64,000 nucleotides of DNA from Amoebidium appalachense (lineage: Eukaryota > Protista > Ichthyosporea): positions 7,871,962 through 7,935,961 of the forward strand of contig CAVNZM010000007.1 of NCBI GenBank assembly GCA_963693365.1, given 5' to 3'. The notes beneath the pieces are model-generated. The model did not search any database, was not told the DNA's origin, and worked only from the letters and a program-made list of their open reading frames with translations. Position 1 is the stretch's first letter. Each line of letters opens with the position of its first letter. Below, in pieces: positions 28,604 to 41,730 of this stretch. The translations under genes and the position numbers were made by a program.

Positions 28604-30735
28604 GCTCGCTCGCTCGCGCACACAGACACACATTCACACACCTAGATAGACCAACACTCATGGTGCATGTGTATGCACGCCCTTGCTCGAAGTTACACAC
28701 CACACATTTGCATGCATGCACGAACACAAGCATACACACACGAGTGCCCTCGAGCAAGGTGTGTGGTGTTGTGTGTGTGGGTGGGGGGGGGGGGGGGGGG
28801 GGGCAGCGGTGGGTGTGGCAGGTGTCTGTTTTTCACGTCAACTTTAGTTCCTTTGTGCTGTAGACACACCCACACATTTGCCCTTATGTGCACCTGACAC
28901 CTTGTCTTCGTTTTCTTTCAATCCGATGTGAGATGTGTGTCAGTTCCTTCTCTTCTTTTTCGTCTGAGGCTCCTTCCTACTGTCGCATTTCCATACCACC
29001 CAATACGTCATCTTGGAAGCATTTCAGGCAGCCTATAGCTGTCCTGCGTAGGTACACTATGTCCTTGTGTATTAACTTTCTCCGGGGACCCTTCCTGTTT
29101 GTTTGGGGTGCGTGCACCATTTTTTGCACTGTGTGTGCGTCATGTGCGAGTATGTGAGTGCGCATACCATCTGAGTGTGATTTTTCTCTTTACTTTCAAT
29201 GTTTTATTTTTTTTATTTTTTATTTTTTATTTTTTTTTGTGGGGCGGAGGGGGAGGGGGGGGGGGGGGGGGGGTACGATTAGCGGCGTGAAGATAAAGCC
29301 GTTGACACTCTCGTTGTGTAGCAGACTGCGGCGGGGGCAGGGGCAGCACATAGCGCCATATCAACTCCGTCCGTACAATCACCCAGATCAGACTTTTCCT
29401 CTCCAAATAAACAGGCATGAGACCCTCCTCCCCCCCCCCCCCCCCCCCCCCCCCCCAAACACACACACACACACGCACGCATACACGCACTGTAGCCCAC
29501 CCACATGGTACACCGGAGAAAAAAAAAAATAGATAGGAGGGCTGCCCCTTAGGCTGGTTGGGCGCATCAATACACTTACACAAAGCGCGACTAACACAAT
29601 GACATGGGTGCGTCAGAGGGTTGAGTTTGGTGGTGGGGCCTTTTCGAACATTTTACTGATGCAGTGAAAGGCAAATCAATATTTTCACATGCGTGTTCAG
29701 AGGCGTGCTGCACGAATACATTCCCTCATCACGCATTTTCTGACGCTCGTTTGTGTTTTCTGGAGAACAGGGCTGCATATAAGCACGGTTTTGTGGTTGT
29801 GTACATCGTCACAAGTGACAACCAAGGGTTATAGAGAATTGCTTGAACGTGTGTGTATTTGGGGTGGAGGGTGGAGGGGGGGGGGGGGGGGGGGGGGGGG
29901 GCTTCCTTGTTTATGATTCTTGTGGCATTTTTCTAACGCTCGAGTGGCATGCAGGGGAAAGACGAACCCGTATCTGCGACTGCAACCACCCCAGAGCTTG
30001 CAAAACCTGGACCCCAAGACAACCCTACATGGACAACCCCTGAAACCCCATCCGGCGCAGCAGGGGGAGTAACGGATGGTGCGTTTGGCAAGCTGGGGTC
30101 CTTTGGCAAATTTCGGTGGATTCCGGGGTCGTCGGTTATTCCTGAAAAGAAGTTCAAGTGGATGTCTGTGGAGCCACAACAGGCGATGAGAAAACGGAAA
30201 ATGAGTCGTGACGCGTCCACACCCACCCCCCTCCCCAATCCGCTCAGGGGGGACAGCCGGGTAGGGGGTCCAGTTTGCAAAACCCCTCCTCAGCGACTAA
30301 TCAGATTGGGGGTGTCGGTGCGACGCCTATGATTGTCGACACATCTGTTCCTGTCTCTATAACGCAACAGGCCGGGGGTTGGTCGGACCCGAGCCTTATG
30401 GGGGGGTTTATGGGGTTCATCCACCCGAATGTGTATGTGGGTGCGGCAGGTATACAGCAGTCGGCATATTATGCGGGTGCCGGCACCACGCCGGGCATGG
30501 GCGGGGCCATGAGCCAGGTGTCGGTTAGCCCGTGGGATGTGTTTTGCCGCATTGTGCTGGAGCGCCACAGACTGCAGTTCCCATGTAAGGCCCCCTAGTT
30601 GATGGATCATTGGGGATGAGGGTTGTGGATTTGATTGTTGACTGTTTCCTTTTCTTCTATCCCCCAGCCCCCCCCCCTCCTCCTCCCCTCCCCCAGCTTT
30701 CTTCTCTTTTTTTTTTGTGGTGGTGGTGGTGGGGT

Positions 30736-30767
<32 letters not shown>

Positions 30768-31252
30768 TGGTTCCGGCGCCCTGGTGTGTGTGTGTGTGGG
30801 GGGGGGGGGGGAGGGGAAAGGTGTCGAACTTTTTTTCTGCATGGGGGGAGGGGGGGGGGGGGATAATGTTTTCCTGTTCATGGCATGAGGTTGCCTTCAG
30901 GCATTTTGCAAGCAAATGGTTCATTAGGTGTGTTATCGTTCTAGTGTGGTTTTTAGGCAGCCAGATTGTGTTGCGTCAGTTCGTTTTTCCCTTTCTTGTT
31001 TCGCTACTTTCAAGGCACCTTTGCGCCTCTTGTTCTTGCTTCGTCCCGCATCTATCCACACACCTTCATACAAATCCAAAAAATTATATTTTATTTATTT
31101 ATTTTTATTTTGCAGATTACCCGCCGCCGACGCAACAGCAGCTGTTTACGCAGTGGAAGGCACTGAGTGATGAGGAGCGGCAGAGGTTCAGGGAGATGGC
31201 TGACGAGGAGGTCCGTGGCTGGAGCTTTTGGATGCAGCAGAGGGTGTGTGCC

Positions 31253-31285
<33 letters not shown>

Positions 31286-31436
31286 ACCACCACCACCACC
31301 ACAACCACCCCACTCTCCTCGCCGCTTCACACACACACACACATACACACACACACACATATACACATGTGCCCGCACGCACGCACACACACACACACAC
31401 ACACAGTCCTACCCAAGTAAGATTCTCGGTGATTTT

Positions 31437-31491
<55 letters not shown>

Positions 31492-31526
31492 CCAGGACCT
31501 ACCCATGTTACGTTCTCTGTGATTTT

Positions 31527-31597
<71 letters not shown>

Positions 31598-31804
31598 CGT
31601 ACCCATGTAAGATTCTCTGTGGTTGTGTTGACCCCTTTGTGCATATTCTCTCTACCTAAACCGTGTTGAATGTGCACTTGACACTATGTAGCACACTCTA
31701 CCCCCCCCCCCCCCCCCCTCCCCCCCAGTGGAAGAGTCCGGGTAGCTCGCGGGGATGTCACATGCACATACACACCGACGCTCGCACATGGCACACACCC
31801 GCGT

Positions 31805-31860
<56 letters not shown>

Positions 31861-32366
31861 ACATGCGCGCACGCGCTTTCTGCGCCCACCATCTAACACT
31901 GATCGCGATGCAGCAAGCCATGATGCTCCAGGGTGTTCCCGACCCATCGCACGCTCTTGTCATGCAGCCCGTGTGGGACTCCAGCCTGGCCGGCACCGCT
32001 ATGATGATGATGCAGCACACAGCGACCACACAGCCACCACAGCAACAATGGGAACAACAACAACAACACCACCAGTCACAAACACAGCAACAACAACAGC
32101 AACAGGCTGGGGGGCAGGAGAGTGCGGGCCAGAGCTGTGGTTTGTTTTTGTTGGCAGAGGCGGCGCTTGGGCCGTTGGAGAGCAGAGATGCGAAGGAGGC
32201 ACAGGAAGCCAAAGACGCGCAATGTGTTGATAAAGTGGCGGAGGAAGGGAAATCAAGCGAGGAAAGTGTGGAGAAGGAAAGGAAACAGTCACAGGAGAGT
32301 GTGGTTGTTCCAACAGAAACGGAGAGTGCAATGGAGGCTGGGCAGGTTGCGGAAGCGGCAAAATGA
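25575..32366 (+). CDS. Divergent HMG-box-containing putative transcription factor with Gln-rich and acidic C-terminus
   Basis: Exons approx. 25575-25881, 26355-26439, 26794-26838, 27780-28038, 29954-~30182, ~30248-30584, 31116-31243, 31914-32366. Spliced [19 protein letters not shown]|[32 protein letters not shown] resembles the HMG-box consensus (WKxLSxEEKxxY). Confidence 0.65.
26929..27425 (+). repeat. Intronic direct duplication (~299-nt period) of a cassette ending in poly-C/poly-A
   Basis: tgcatccgtgaaatgcagttatg...ggattgggatcccc at 26929 and 27228, near-identical; each followed by aaggattttataatctt..atgataataacaa. Confidence 0.9.
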
Positions 32367-32391
32367 GGTGGGCTTTTTTTTTTTTTTTTGT

Positions 32392-32430
<39 letters not shown>

Positions 32431-33797
32431 GGGGGGGCAAGGAGAGGTTGGTGGGTGACGGGTTGTATACCCCTTTTATGCCCCCCCCCGGTCTTGTTGT
32501 GAGCGTTGTAATGAAGCGACAGAATTCTCGTGCCAATTTTTGAAGGTTGTAGCTATCGGAGGCATGTTTTTTCCCGTGCTTGTATGTTGCTTCATTCCTG
32601 GAGTAAGGCCTACTCTATGGTATGCCAGAACGTTTGCTCAGTGAGTAACGTTGTTGCTTACGAACCCTGAAGTCGGTGATTTTTTTCCCCCCACCCTGAT
32701 CCAATGCGTGTATTGATAAATCATTAGGTCCCTTGTCTCCCCCGGTATCAAATTGTTTTGTCTGATGGGCAGGTCTCGGGCGCTGTCTCGATTTTGAGTT
32801 TGTCTGGTTCTCTTGTTGAGTATTTATTGTTATGCGAATGGAAAAATTATGGTTCGAGGTTGAGCTGCCCCGGTCCCTCCGGTTATAGCCTGTTATAGTG
32901 TTTTGTGACGAAAAGCATAGTCTGATGAGGAATTTTAGTATGGTGAATCAAGGTAGAAATGACCGAATTTTATAAGGAAGTGACAGATATGCAGGTGTGT
33001 TAACCGATTTCCCGATTGTGTATTTTTATCCTTCCCATGCAAAAGCTGTGGTTTGTACATAAGTGATGATACAAGTGATAGCTAGCGGGGACACATGCCC
33101 AGAAGGAATTGTACTACTATGCATGTTGTGCAGCGCTAAGTGATAGGGTGTTGACCCCAACTAACTATTAGTGTATACTAATCATTCGACGGGGTTGCCC
33201 CTATATAGAGTAGCTGCACATAGATATATCTCATGTATACGTGTATGTGATCAGATGCATATGCTGCCAAATCTAGACGAAAGTGAAGACCACTGAGTGG
33301 TCGCACGGTCTGGAGGAGAATAAATAGCAAGGCTTTTTTGTCAATGACCAACCTGATAGTATGAAATTCCCGCATGCATATACACATGGCCATAGCCTTT
33401 GCAATTGAACTACGACCGATGCATGTGCATCATGTAGCGGCGCCACTATGTAGTAGTGCTCACCGTGGCTACAAAGATCTGTCTGTTATCCACGTGCATG
33501 TTTTATCGCGTATGTCAAATTGATATCTGTAATCCTCGTGTATGTGATTATTATTAACATGTGTGTTTGTCTGTACAAAATTGTAATGTTTGAGTTGTTG
33601 GCTTTTCTTTCTGCTTGCATGTAGCCCCTAATTAGCTATCCGGATCAGTGGCCATGGCATGTGCACATGACACGCATGCACCCTCATGCATATGCACGCA
33701 CGCCGTTGGCAGTGCAACACGCACACATACACACATTCACACACACACACACACACATACACACACACGTACACACACGTGCGGGTAAAATCAAGCC

Positions 33798-34343
33798 ATG
33801 GAGGCCCTCGAGCTCAAGCTCATCATGAAGCACTATGCAGACAGGAGGGGGGGGGCAGCATTTGCTGGCGCAAGGCGTATTACGGTGCCGTGGTGGTGGC
33901 TTTGGCCATGGGGGACCTGGTTGGTGCAAACCTGATCTACCAGCAGGGACTGCGGAGTCTGTGGTACGTGTGTGTGTGTGTACGGGGCCCGGGAGGGCGG
34001 CCGAGCAGCTGGCGTGTGTGTGACGTGTGTGTGTGTGTGTGCGTGTGCGCGTGTGTGTGCGTACGTGTGGGTGTGGGTGTGGGTGCCACGGTGTGGGTGC
34101 CACGGTGTGTGTGCGCGTACGCGTGTGCATGTGTGTGTTGGTGGGTGGGTGGGTGGGTGTTTGGTGCCGTGTGTGTGCGCACGTGTGTCACGTGTGTGTC
34201 ACCCTGTGCTCACGTGCGCGTACGTGTGTGTGAATGTGCGGACGCGCGTGTGTGTGCGTGTGTATGTATGGAAGGAGGAGGGAGGGAGGTTGGGGTGATT
34301 GAGAAAGAAAGTGTTGGGCGATTGAGAGAAAAGGTGTGTGTGT

Positions 34344-34389
<46 letters not shown>

Positions 34390-35123
34390 ATAACGTTACT
34401 GGGCAGTTTGAACTGATGTGAGAAGTGCGAGGACATAGGGATTTTCATTCAATATTGGATGAGCGGGTGGGTGGGTGGGGTGAGGGGTGGGGCTCTCCCG
34501 GGTTACGTTATCCTGGAAACCTATTACATGATTTCTTTCTTTTTCCTTCTAGTGTTTTTTTTCTTTCTTTTTTCTTTTTTTTTTTTTGGTTCAGTGGTGG
34601 TGGTGGTTTTTGAAAGGGGGGGGGGGGGGGGGGGGGGAGGGGGGTTGGCATCGTGTTGGTCGAACTGGCGCCTATTGTCCAGGTGTTGGTGCTGTTCAGC
34701 TATTTCTCTTCCAGCTGCTCAGCTAACACCTTCATACCCGATTTCTGACATACACATCCCGGATGTTCAAGATTGGAACCCAAATCTATTACTTATCATG
34801 ATCTCGCATGTCCCAAGGTATCGCCTAGTCGGCAAGTCAGCTGAAATTTCTTCCCGGGTAAAGGTATTGTAACCGAACGGATATTCCTTGGTCGTTGAAG
34901 AGAAAGGTGTCCGAGCATGCCCCACCTTGTAGACATGGAACTCTGTTTTATGCCGTTATCCTAATCATGCACCTCTGCGCACACCCATTGCAGAGCCACG
35001 GCTGAGGATAGTGTGGCCCAAGATGTGTCTGGCCGGGCGCATGTGACTGGACAGTGTTATGGAGACCAGGAGGCCTTGAAGGCCGTGCAGAAGCGGCTTG
35101 AGATGGGCTTTCTGGAACGTGAT
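33798..35123 (+). pseudogene. Gamma-SNAP (NAPG)-like gene fragment, frameshifted
   Basis: Exon ~33798-33963 reads MEALELKLIMKHYADRRG / GQHLL / RKAYYGAVVVALAMGDLVGANLIYQQGL across frameshifts. Exon 34994-35123 reads ATAEDSVAQD...GDQEALKAVQKRLEMGFLERD, ending at a gtatg donor. Both resemble the gamma-SNAP C-terminal half from memory; splicing them creates TGA; no other exons seen. Confidence 0.55.
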
Positions 35124-35350
35124 GTATGCTGTTGCAGATGATTGCATAATATTTGTACCAGAACCACAAAAGCATACGCAAAGCACACACACGCACACGC
35201 ACGCGCACGCACTCCCTCTTTCTCTCTCTCGCTCACACACACACACGCACACACACACACACTCTCTCTCTCTCCTCCCTCTCTCTCTCTCTCTTTCCCT
35301 CTCTCCCTCTCCCTCTCTGTCTGGGTATGCATACGCACGCACATACACAC

Positions 35351-35417
<67 letters not shown>

Positions 35418-36338
35418 GAACACATAAACAGACATGGGCGTGTGCATGGCATGTCTCGTGCAATTTCGAGTTGGGAGGTGCCAAATATATCCTTGACTTA
35501 TGTGATCCAGGCTGCAGGCATATGCAATGTTCAAGGGTTCATAACATAGCTGGTACTGATGTGTATTGTGGTGCTAACTTTCGAAAACATATGTTCTGAG
35601 AGCCACCCACGTTTTCCTGAGGTGGCCTTGGTTGTTTTAGATCTCGGGCTATGATGACGAGGTAGGCTTTATGCATGTACCTTATTGCTGCGAATATACA
35701 TTTCACCCTCAGCAAATAGAAACTAAAAAAAATTCGTCTTTACGATCGCAGAATGAAACGAGAATCATGCTCTGTGTAAATTGACCCTATCCATATTTTT
35801 CAAGGGCAGGAAAGGCACGTGATGTGTCGCTTCGAAAACCTTGACTCCAGTTCTTTAATATGGGCCTTTTTAACAGTTAGCAAGTCTCTACCTTGCCACA
35901 ATCAGCATACACGTTGCCTATAACATCAGTAGAATTTCTCCTCTGTAGCTCTGGAAGGCACCTGACCGAAATCTAAAAATTTGCAGTTTTAGAAACCGTG
36001 ATCGTCCCGCGGTACAATTTTTGCACACCTCTAACGACTCAGTCACTCGTCATGACCCCGCAAAAAGGCTTTTCTGTGCGACTACAAGACGAAGAGAACA
36101 AAAACCATTCGTTAGCTTAGTAAATATTAAAAAAAAAATTATAATTATTTTTTTAATATTTGTTTTGTGCTTCAATGTAGTAGTATAGGCTGAAGGTTTG
36201 ACACACGTGAGACAAAGACAATCAACTGATGAGTACAGCGCCATATATTCTGCATGATTTACTAACCATATAGGATAATGCTATTGCTTTCCTGCTTTTT
36301 TCTGGGTTGTACTGCATGTCCTTGGGTGGGGGGTATGA

Positions 36339-36516
36339 TGCACTGAATTGGGTGCACTGAATCGCTTTCCGGGCACTGAAACCGACCGGCGCGGGCGGGG
36401 GGCGCGAACCCGGGCCGGCACATGATGATTCAGTGCATCGAATTCAGTGCAAAAGCTCGTCGGTGTCGCCAGTGCTCATGTAAATTCAATTCAGTGCAAC
36501 TTGAATTCAGTGCACC
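36339..36516. repeat. Palindromic array of TGCACTGAAT motifs around a GC-rich core
   Basis: Forward copies at 36339, 36353, 36372 (variant); reverse copies (attcagtgca) at 36428, 36442, 36489, 36505; perfect 12-bp inverted pair 36351-36362 / 36505-36516. Confidence 0.85.
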
Positions 36517-36807
36517 TATGGTTTACATAGTTTGCGCAAACTTTGGCGCCAAATCGCCCCGCATGGCCCGGCCGGCGGGCGCCTCGCGTGTGCCGACTCA
36601 GTATGGTGTGACGGTATGTAAACGGCAAACCCGAAAAATTTTAGCACAATCATTCTTGGGTAGGCTCGCTAATTTCAATGCAGAAAGTCGTTGCAGTACC
36701 ACGTGATACCTGCTACTATACAATACACTGCGGCGTGTAGTGTGGCAGTGGCTGCGGCCTTTTTCTTCTCATTGCAGCTGCAGCTACGTGTTTCTCATCC
36801 TTTGAAA

Positions 36808-37296
36808 ATGGGCAGGGTCAGACACGCTGCCCTTACCCCACTTACGTTGTGGTGGTGGGCTTTACTTCTGCTAGTACTAAGCGCACAATTTCTGCTCTCG
36901 CAAACGCAATCACCGCCACAAATAAGTGGTGACCAGAGTGAACAGGAAATTGAGATTGCTGCAGGGGAGCAAATCAGGCCTGTATGTCAGATTGTGCACA
37001 CTGGTTCTGTATACCCAGCGTGGGGCAGTAGCGAATGTCAGGCATGGATAACCGAATGTTTGGAGCGCCATGCAAGGGAGCAACCCGTTTGTCCTGTGGT
37101 GTATTATCCAGACACTACGAATCAGCTAAGGGAGAACATGAGGAAACTTGTCACAAGTGGAAATGAGTTCAACAAGCTGGTAAGTGGGTGGGCCACACAC
37201 TTTTGACGGCCAAAAGGGATGCCAACGGAGGCAATGGGTGCACGTAAGGTTGGGGTTATAGTTGCGGAGGGGCAAGGTTGAGAGGGGGAGGAGGGA

Positions 37297-37327
<31 letters not shown>

Positions 37328-37392
37328 AAGGACGACCCATGGACTACCTAACAGGTTTAGAGAGAGAAAGAGACCCGAGAGAGAGAGAGAGC

Positions 37393-37460
<68 letters not shown>

Positions 37461-37489
37461 TGTCTGTGGGTGTGTGTGTGTGCCGGTGT

Positions 37490-37559
<70 letters not shown>

Positions 37560-37587
37560 GCGTGTGCGTGTGCGCGTGCGCGCGCGC

Positions 37588-37622
<35 letters not shown>

Positions 37623-39719
37623 CGCGCGCGCAAAAGAGTGGGTGTGTGTGCGTGCACGAAAGCATGGTCTTTTTTATGACGCGCAAAAAAGGTGCTGAAC
37701 ACAACATAAACGTACAGCTGTTTGGGGTTAAGTCTCACTCTCTCCATGTTTTTATGGGTATGAAGGGGGGGAAGGGGGATTTAGGGAGGAGGGTAGGGGG
37801 TACCCCCCCCCCCCCCTCGTCCACACACAAACATATGAAACATGCTATTCGCACATGTACGTGCATGCACACACGCAGGCACGCCTGCGGCACACGCACT
37901 TCCGAACGCAAGGCACAAACACCCACACAAACACACACGTTACACACATCACATATACACACAACTACATGCACACACATACACATGCAAACACACTTGT
38001 ATTGATTGCTAACTCATACGTGTCTGCAGATTTTCCTCCCCCCGTTAATGGTGTGGGATTTGGAAACCAATTTCCAGATATCCAAATACACGCCAATATG
38101 CCCTGTGAACACAGCACACGGCCCGTTAGCGAAAGAGGGATGGACTAGATCAGGCAATGATGTCCCACGCAGTGCATACCGTGACGATTGTAACAGCCGG
38201 ATTTATATTATATGCCGCATTTATCGTTGCAATACGTGTGGAAAGCAAAATAAAAAACACAGTTACAGGGGGTATGACCCCATTCTGACGTCAGCTCTTC
38301 CTAATTTCCTCTCTCGTGTCATGCCCTTCTACTTGACTGAACGAGCGGGGATTACCGTAGCCCTCATGAACGACTTGTGCCACAAGGTGGTTTCGGGCAT
38401 TCCATTCTCGAGCATGCAGCGGTATTATTCGACTACATACCACACACGGTATCAGCAGTTACGTACGCACCTTTTCGTATTCCAAAATATGCTTCTCGGA
38501 CAAATGCCGTTTGATTCGTCGCAGCATTCCATTATAAACCACCAGCCATCACTCCTACAGCAACGTCGCGAGGGAGTAGCAGCCACAATAATCGCACCTT
38601 TTTCACAAATCGATATTTTCCGCGGCCCGAGCAATGACTATATTCGTGATGCTTGGCTGGGATTTTATACAGATAATTTACAACATCCATACCATACGGC
38701 AATGTCCAAAATCAGTGCCACCAAGCTGTCAGCAGACCACACGTTTAAGATAAGTATGAGCATCGGCTATATGGCTGACGGTAAATGGATCACACAATAC
38801 GATGCAGTGTACTTCCTTCTCAATGAGCATGGGCAAATTGTTAGTTACCAGTTCTGCAACAAAGTCGCTTTCGACTATAATCAGGTTGTTCTTGAGCAGT
38901 TTCGTGACAGAAACACTAGGCTAGGTAAAACCGTTGAAGTTATTTACTTAGATAATTGCTGCCAACTAGCGGCACTAATCCGGTCGGTTTTTGGTGAGGA
39001 TATCATCATTAAGTTGGATTTATTTCACGCCGTCCAACGCTTCACGAGATCCATACCACGTAGGCATCCACATTCCAACAATGCTGCAAAGGCCTTTGGT
39101 CTGTGTTTTCGCGCGGATGGCAATTCGGGCGAGGAACGCACACAAAACACCCCCGACCCGGCTACCATATGTGCGAATTTACGCCGGTATCAACAGACTT
39201 GGGCATCTGTGGTCGATAACGACAATGTCCCCGTTCTCACTGACGATAGCTATGACCAGATTAGTAATTTGCTGGTTCATGCGGAGAGGGGATGTCTGAG
39301 CGATATCCCAGCAGGTCAGGGTACCAACCAAAATGAGGCCCTGCATCGCAAACTCCGAATCCATTTTAAGCACGTTACCCGAATATCCCCCCAGCTCGCA
39401 TGTTCCTTATTCGATACTGTCCTTTACCATCACAATGCGTGTCGTGACCCCGAGCATAAGGGGAAGAATGTGCGTGATATCATTGCTCCCAATGTTATGT
39501 ACCGGCCCATCGCGGATATGTACGAGGATCTCCTTACCAATCCGCAAGCAGCAAATGAGTATAGGGAAAGTAGGGCTCGGCCGACTGAAACTTTCGGATG
39601 CGGAATCAACACCACTGCACGGGCAGATTCCCGGCTCCCTGCAGTGGATTTGATTGGTGCGCAGGCTGACCTTCCAAGGGCATCTTCGACATTTATGGGT
39701 GCCTCCTCTCTCTCTCTCC

Positions 39720-39757
<38 letters not shown>

Positions 39758-40062
39758 ACCCACCCACCTCTCCACCCATACTCACCCACCCACCAACACC
39801 CACCCACACACCCACACAAACACATTTTCTTCTTCTACTCTGGGCTGGGATCATCTGTTTATCTTTCACATTGTAAGTTTTTGTCTTCCACGAATTGGAT
39901 ACAAGAAGTCTTTAATGGATGGGGTAAACAAATTGCAAGGCATCCTTCCCGTAATCCCCCCCCCCCCCCCCCCCCCCCCCCCCACTCTTCCCCACCCTCC
40001 TCCTCCCCCCCCCCCCCCCCCCGGTCCCTACGTGCGCACACACATATATACCGTTATTAGGA

Positions 40063-40103
<41 letters not shown>

Positions 40104-40481
40104 GGTATGACAAAGAACACACAAAATATAATTTGGATTAATTAAGAGATGTATAGACACATACCAAGCAAGGAAGTGTGCTTTCGGTTGCAGCTTGACA
40201 GCAACCTGTGCGAAATCATGTTTGATAAACCAAAACTTGCCGTTGTTTCTTCTTGTACACTCATCAGTGCAAGCGTAAACTAACCACCCGTCCCCCTCCC
40301 CCCTCCCCCACCCACCCACCCCCCCACCCACCCACCCACCCACACGCTCACACACAAACACGCGCAGATGATGCCCCCTCTCTCCCCTCCCCACCCACAC
40401 AACCACCATGCCTACCCTCTCTCTAAACCACTTTAGATGAATTATGATGCATGTACACGCACACACCCACACACACATACG

Positions 40482-40521
<40 letters not shown>

Positions 40522-40918
40522 AGCCCCCAACCCTTTTCCCCCTGAACCCAAACCATCAACCATTACACCAAACCCACACCCACACCATACCAGAACTGTC
40601 CATCGCCATTGAGGAGGACTTGGACCTGTTAGGCTACGAGCCCGACAACTCTACAGACAGCGAGGAGGATAACAGCATTAGCCACACCCTTTCACCCAGA
40701 CAGCTCATGGGTGTCGCCCGTGGTGTGTCTATTTTGCTTAGAGCCAAGGACCTCTTAGCCAAACAACTACCCCCATCACTTCACCTACAGTCCGGGGGGC
40801 TCCCAACAACCGTGGTTGTTGTTGACAAGCAATACGCACGCTCTCTTCAGACTCGAACGTATGTCTCCCCCCCCCCCCCCCCCCCCCCCATATTGGAGGG
40901 GGGCACCTTGAGCTCCCT

Positions 40919-40964
<46 letters not shown>

Positions 40965-41058
40965 ACACACGGCACCCGACCACATACACAGGCACGCGCG
41001 CAAGCACTTTTACCCCCCCCCCCCCCCCCCCCCGCGTATTCCCACACACGCGCGCCCA

Positions 41059-41115
<57 letters not shown>

Positions 41116-41374
41116 CTAGTACCCTTCCCCTTTCTGCAGAAAGCGTCACCAACAAGTATTACATTATCACCACCTTCAAAACACATACAGATGTGTGCAC
41201 TATCAAAAATGCACAGTTGACATAGACACGCACATTTGCACCCCCTCCCCCCCCCCCCCCCCCCCTCCCCCAGCAGTCCCTTTCTCAGCCTCCCTTGCCT
41301 TTCGCCCGCAAGGCAGTCAATCTGCACATGTAGCGTTTGCACAGCCTCTCTCTTCCTGTTTTTACCAATGTAGC

Positions 41375-41406
<32 letters not shown>

Positions 41407-41521
41407 GCCGCCCCGCAGCGCAGTCCCTTTCTCAGCCTCCCTTGCCTTTCGCCCGCAAGGCAGTCAATCGGCACATGTAGCGTTTGCACAGCCTCTCTCT
41501 TCCCGTTTTCACCAATGCAGC

Positions 41522-41555
<34 letters not shown>

Positions 41556-41689
41556 ACCACCACCACCACCACCACCACCACCACCACCACTCCCCCTACC
41601 CCACCCTACCCTCACCCGCTTTCCCCCGACTACCTCCGAAAGTTGTTACCCTGCTGGCCTTTTTTTTCATTATTATCACCCCCCCCCCT

Positions 41690-41730
<41 letters not shown>

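Noticed and set aside
31403-31625. CRISPR-like repeat-spacer appearance
   Set aside because: Spacers are (CA)n microsatellites and there are only three degenerate repeats
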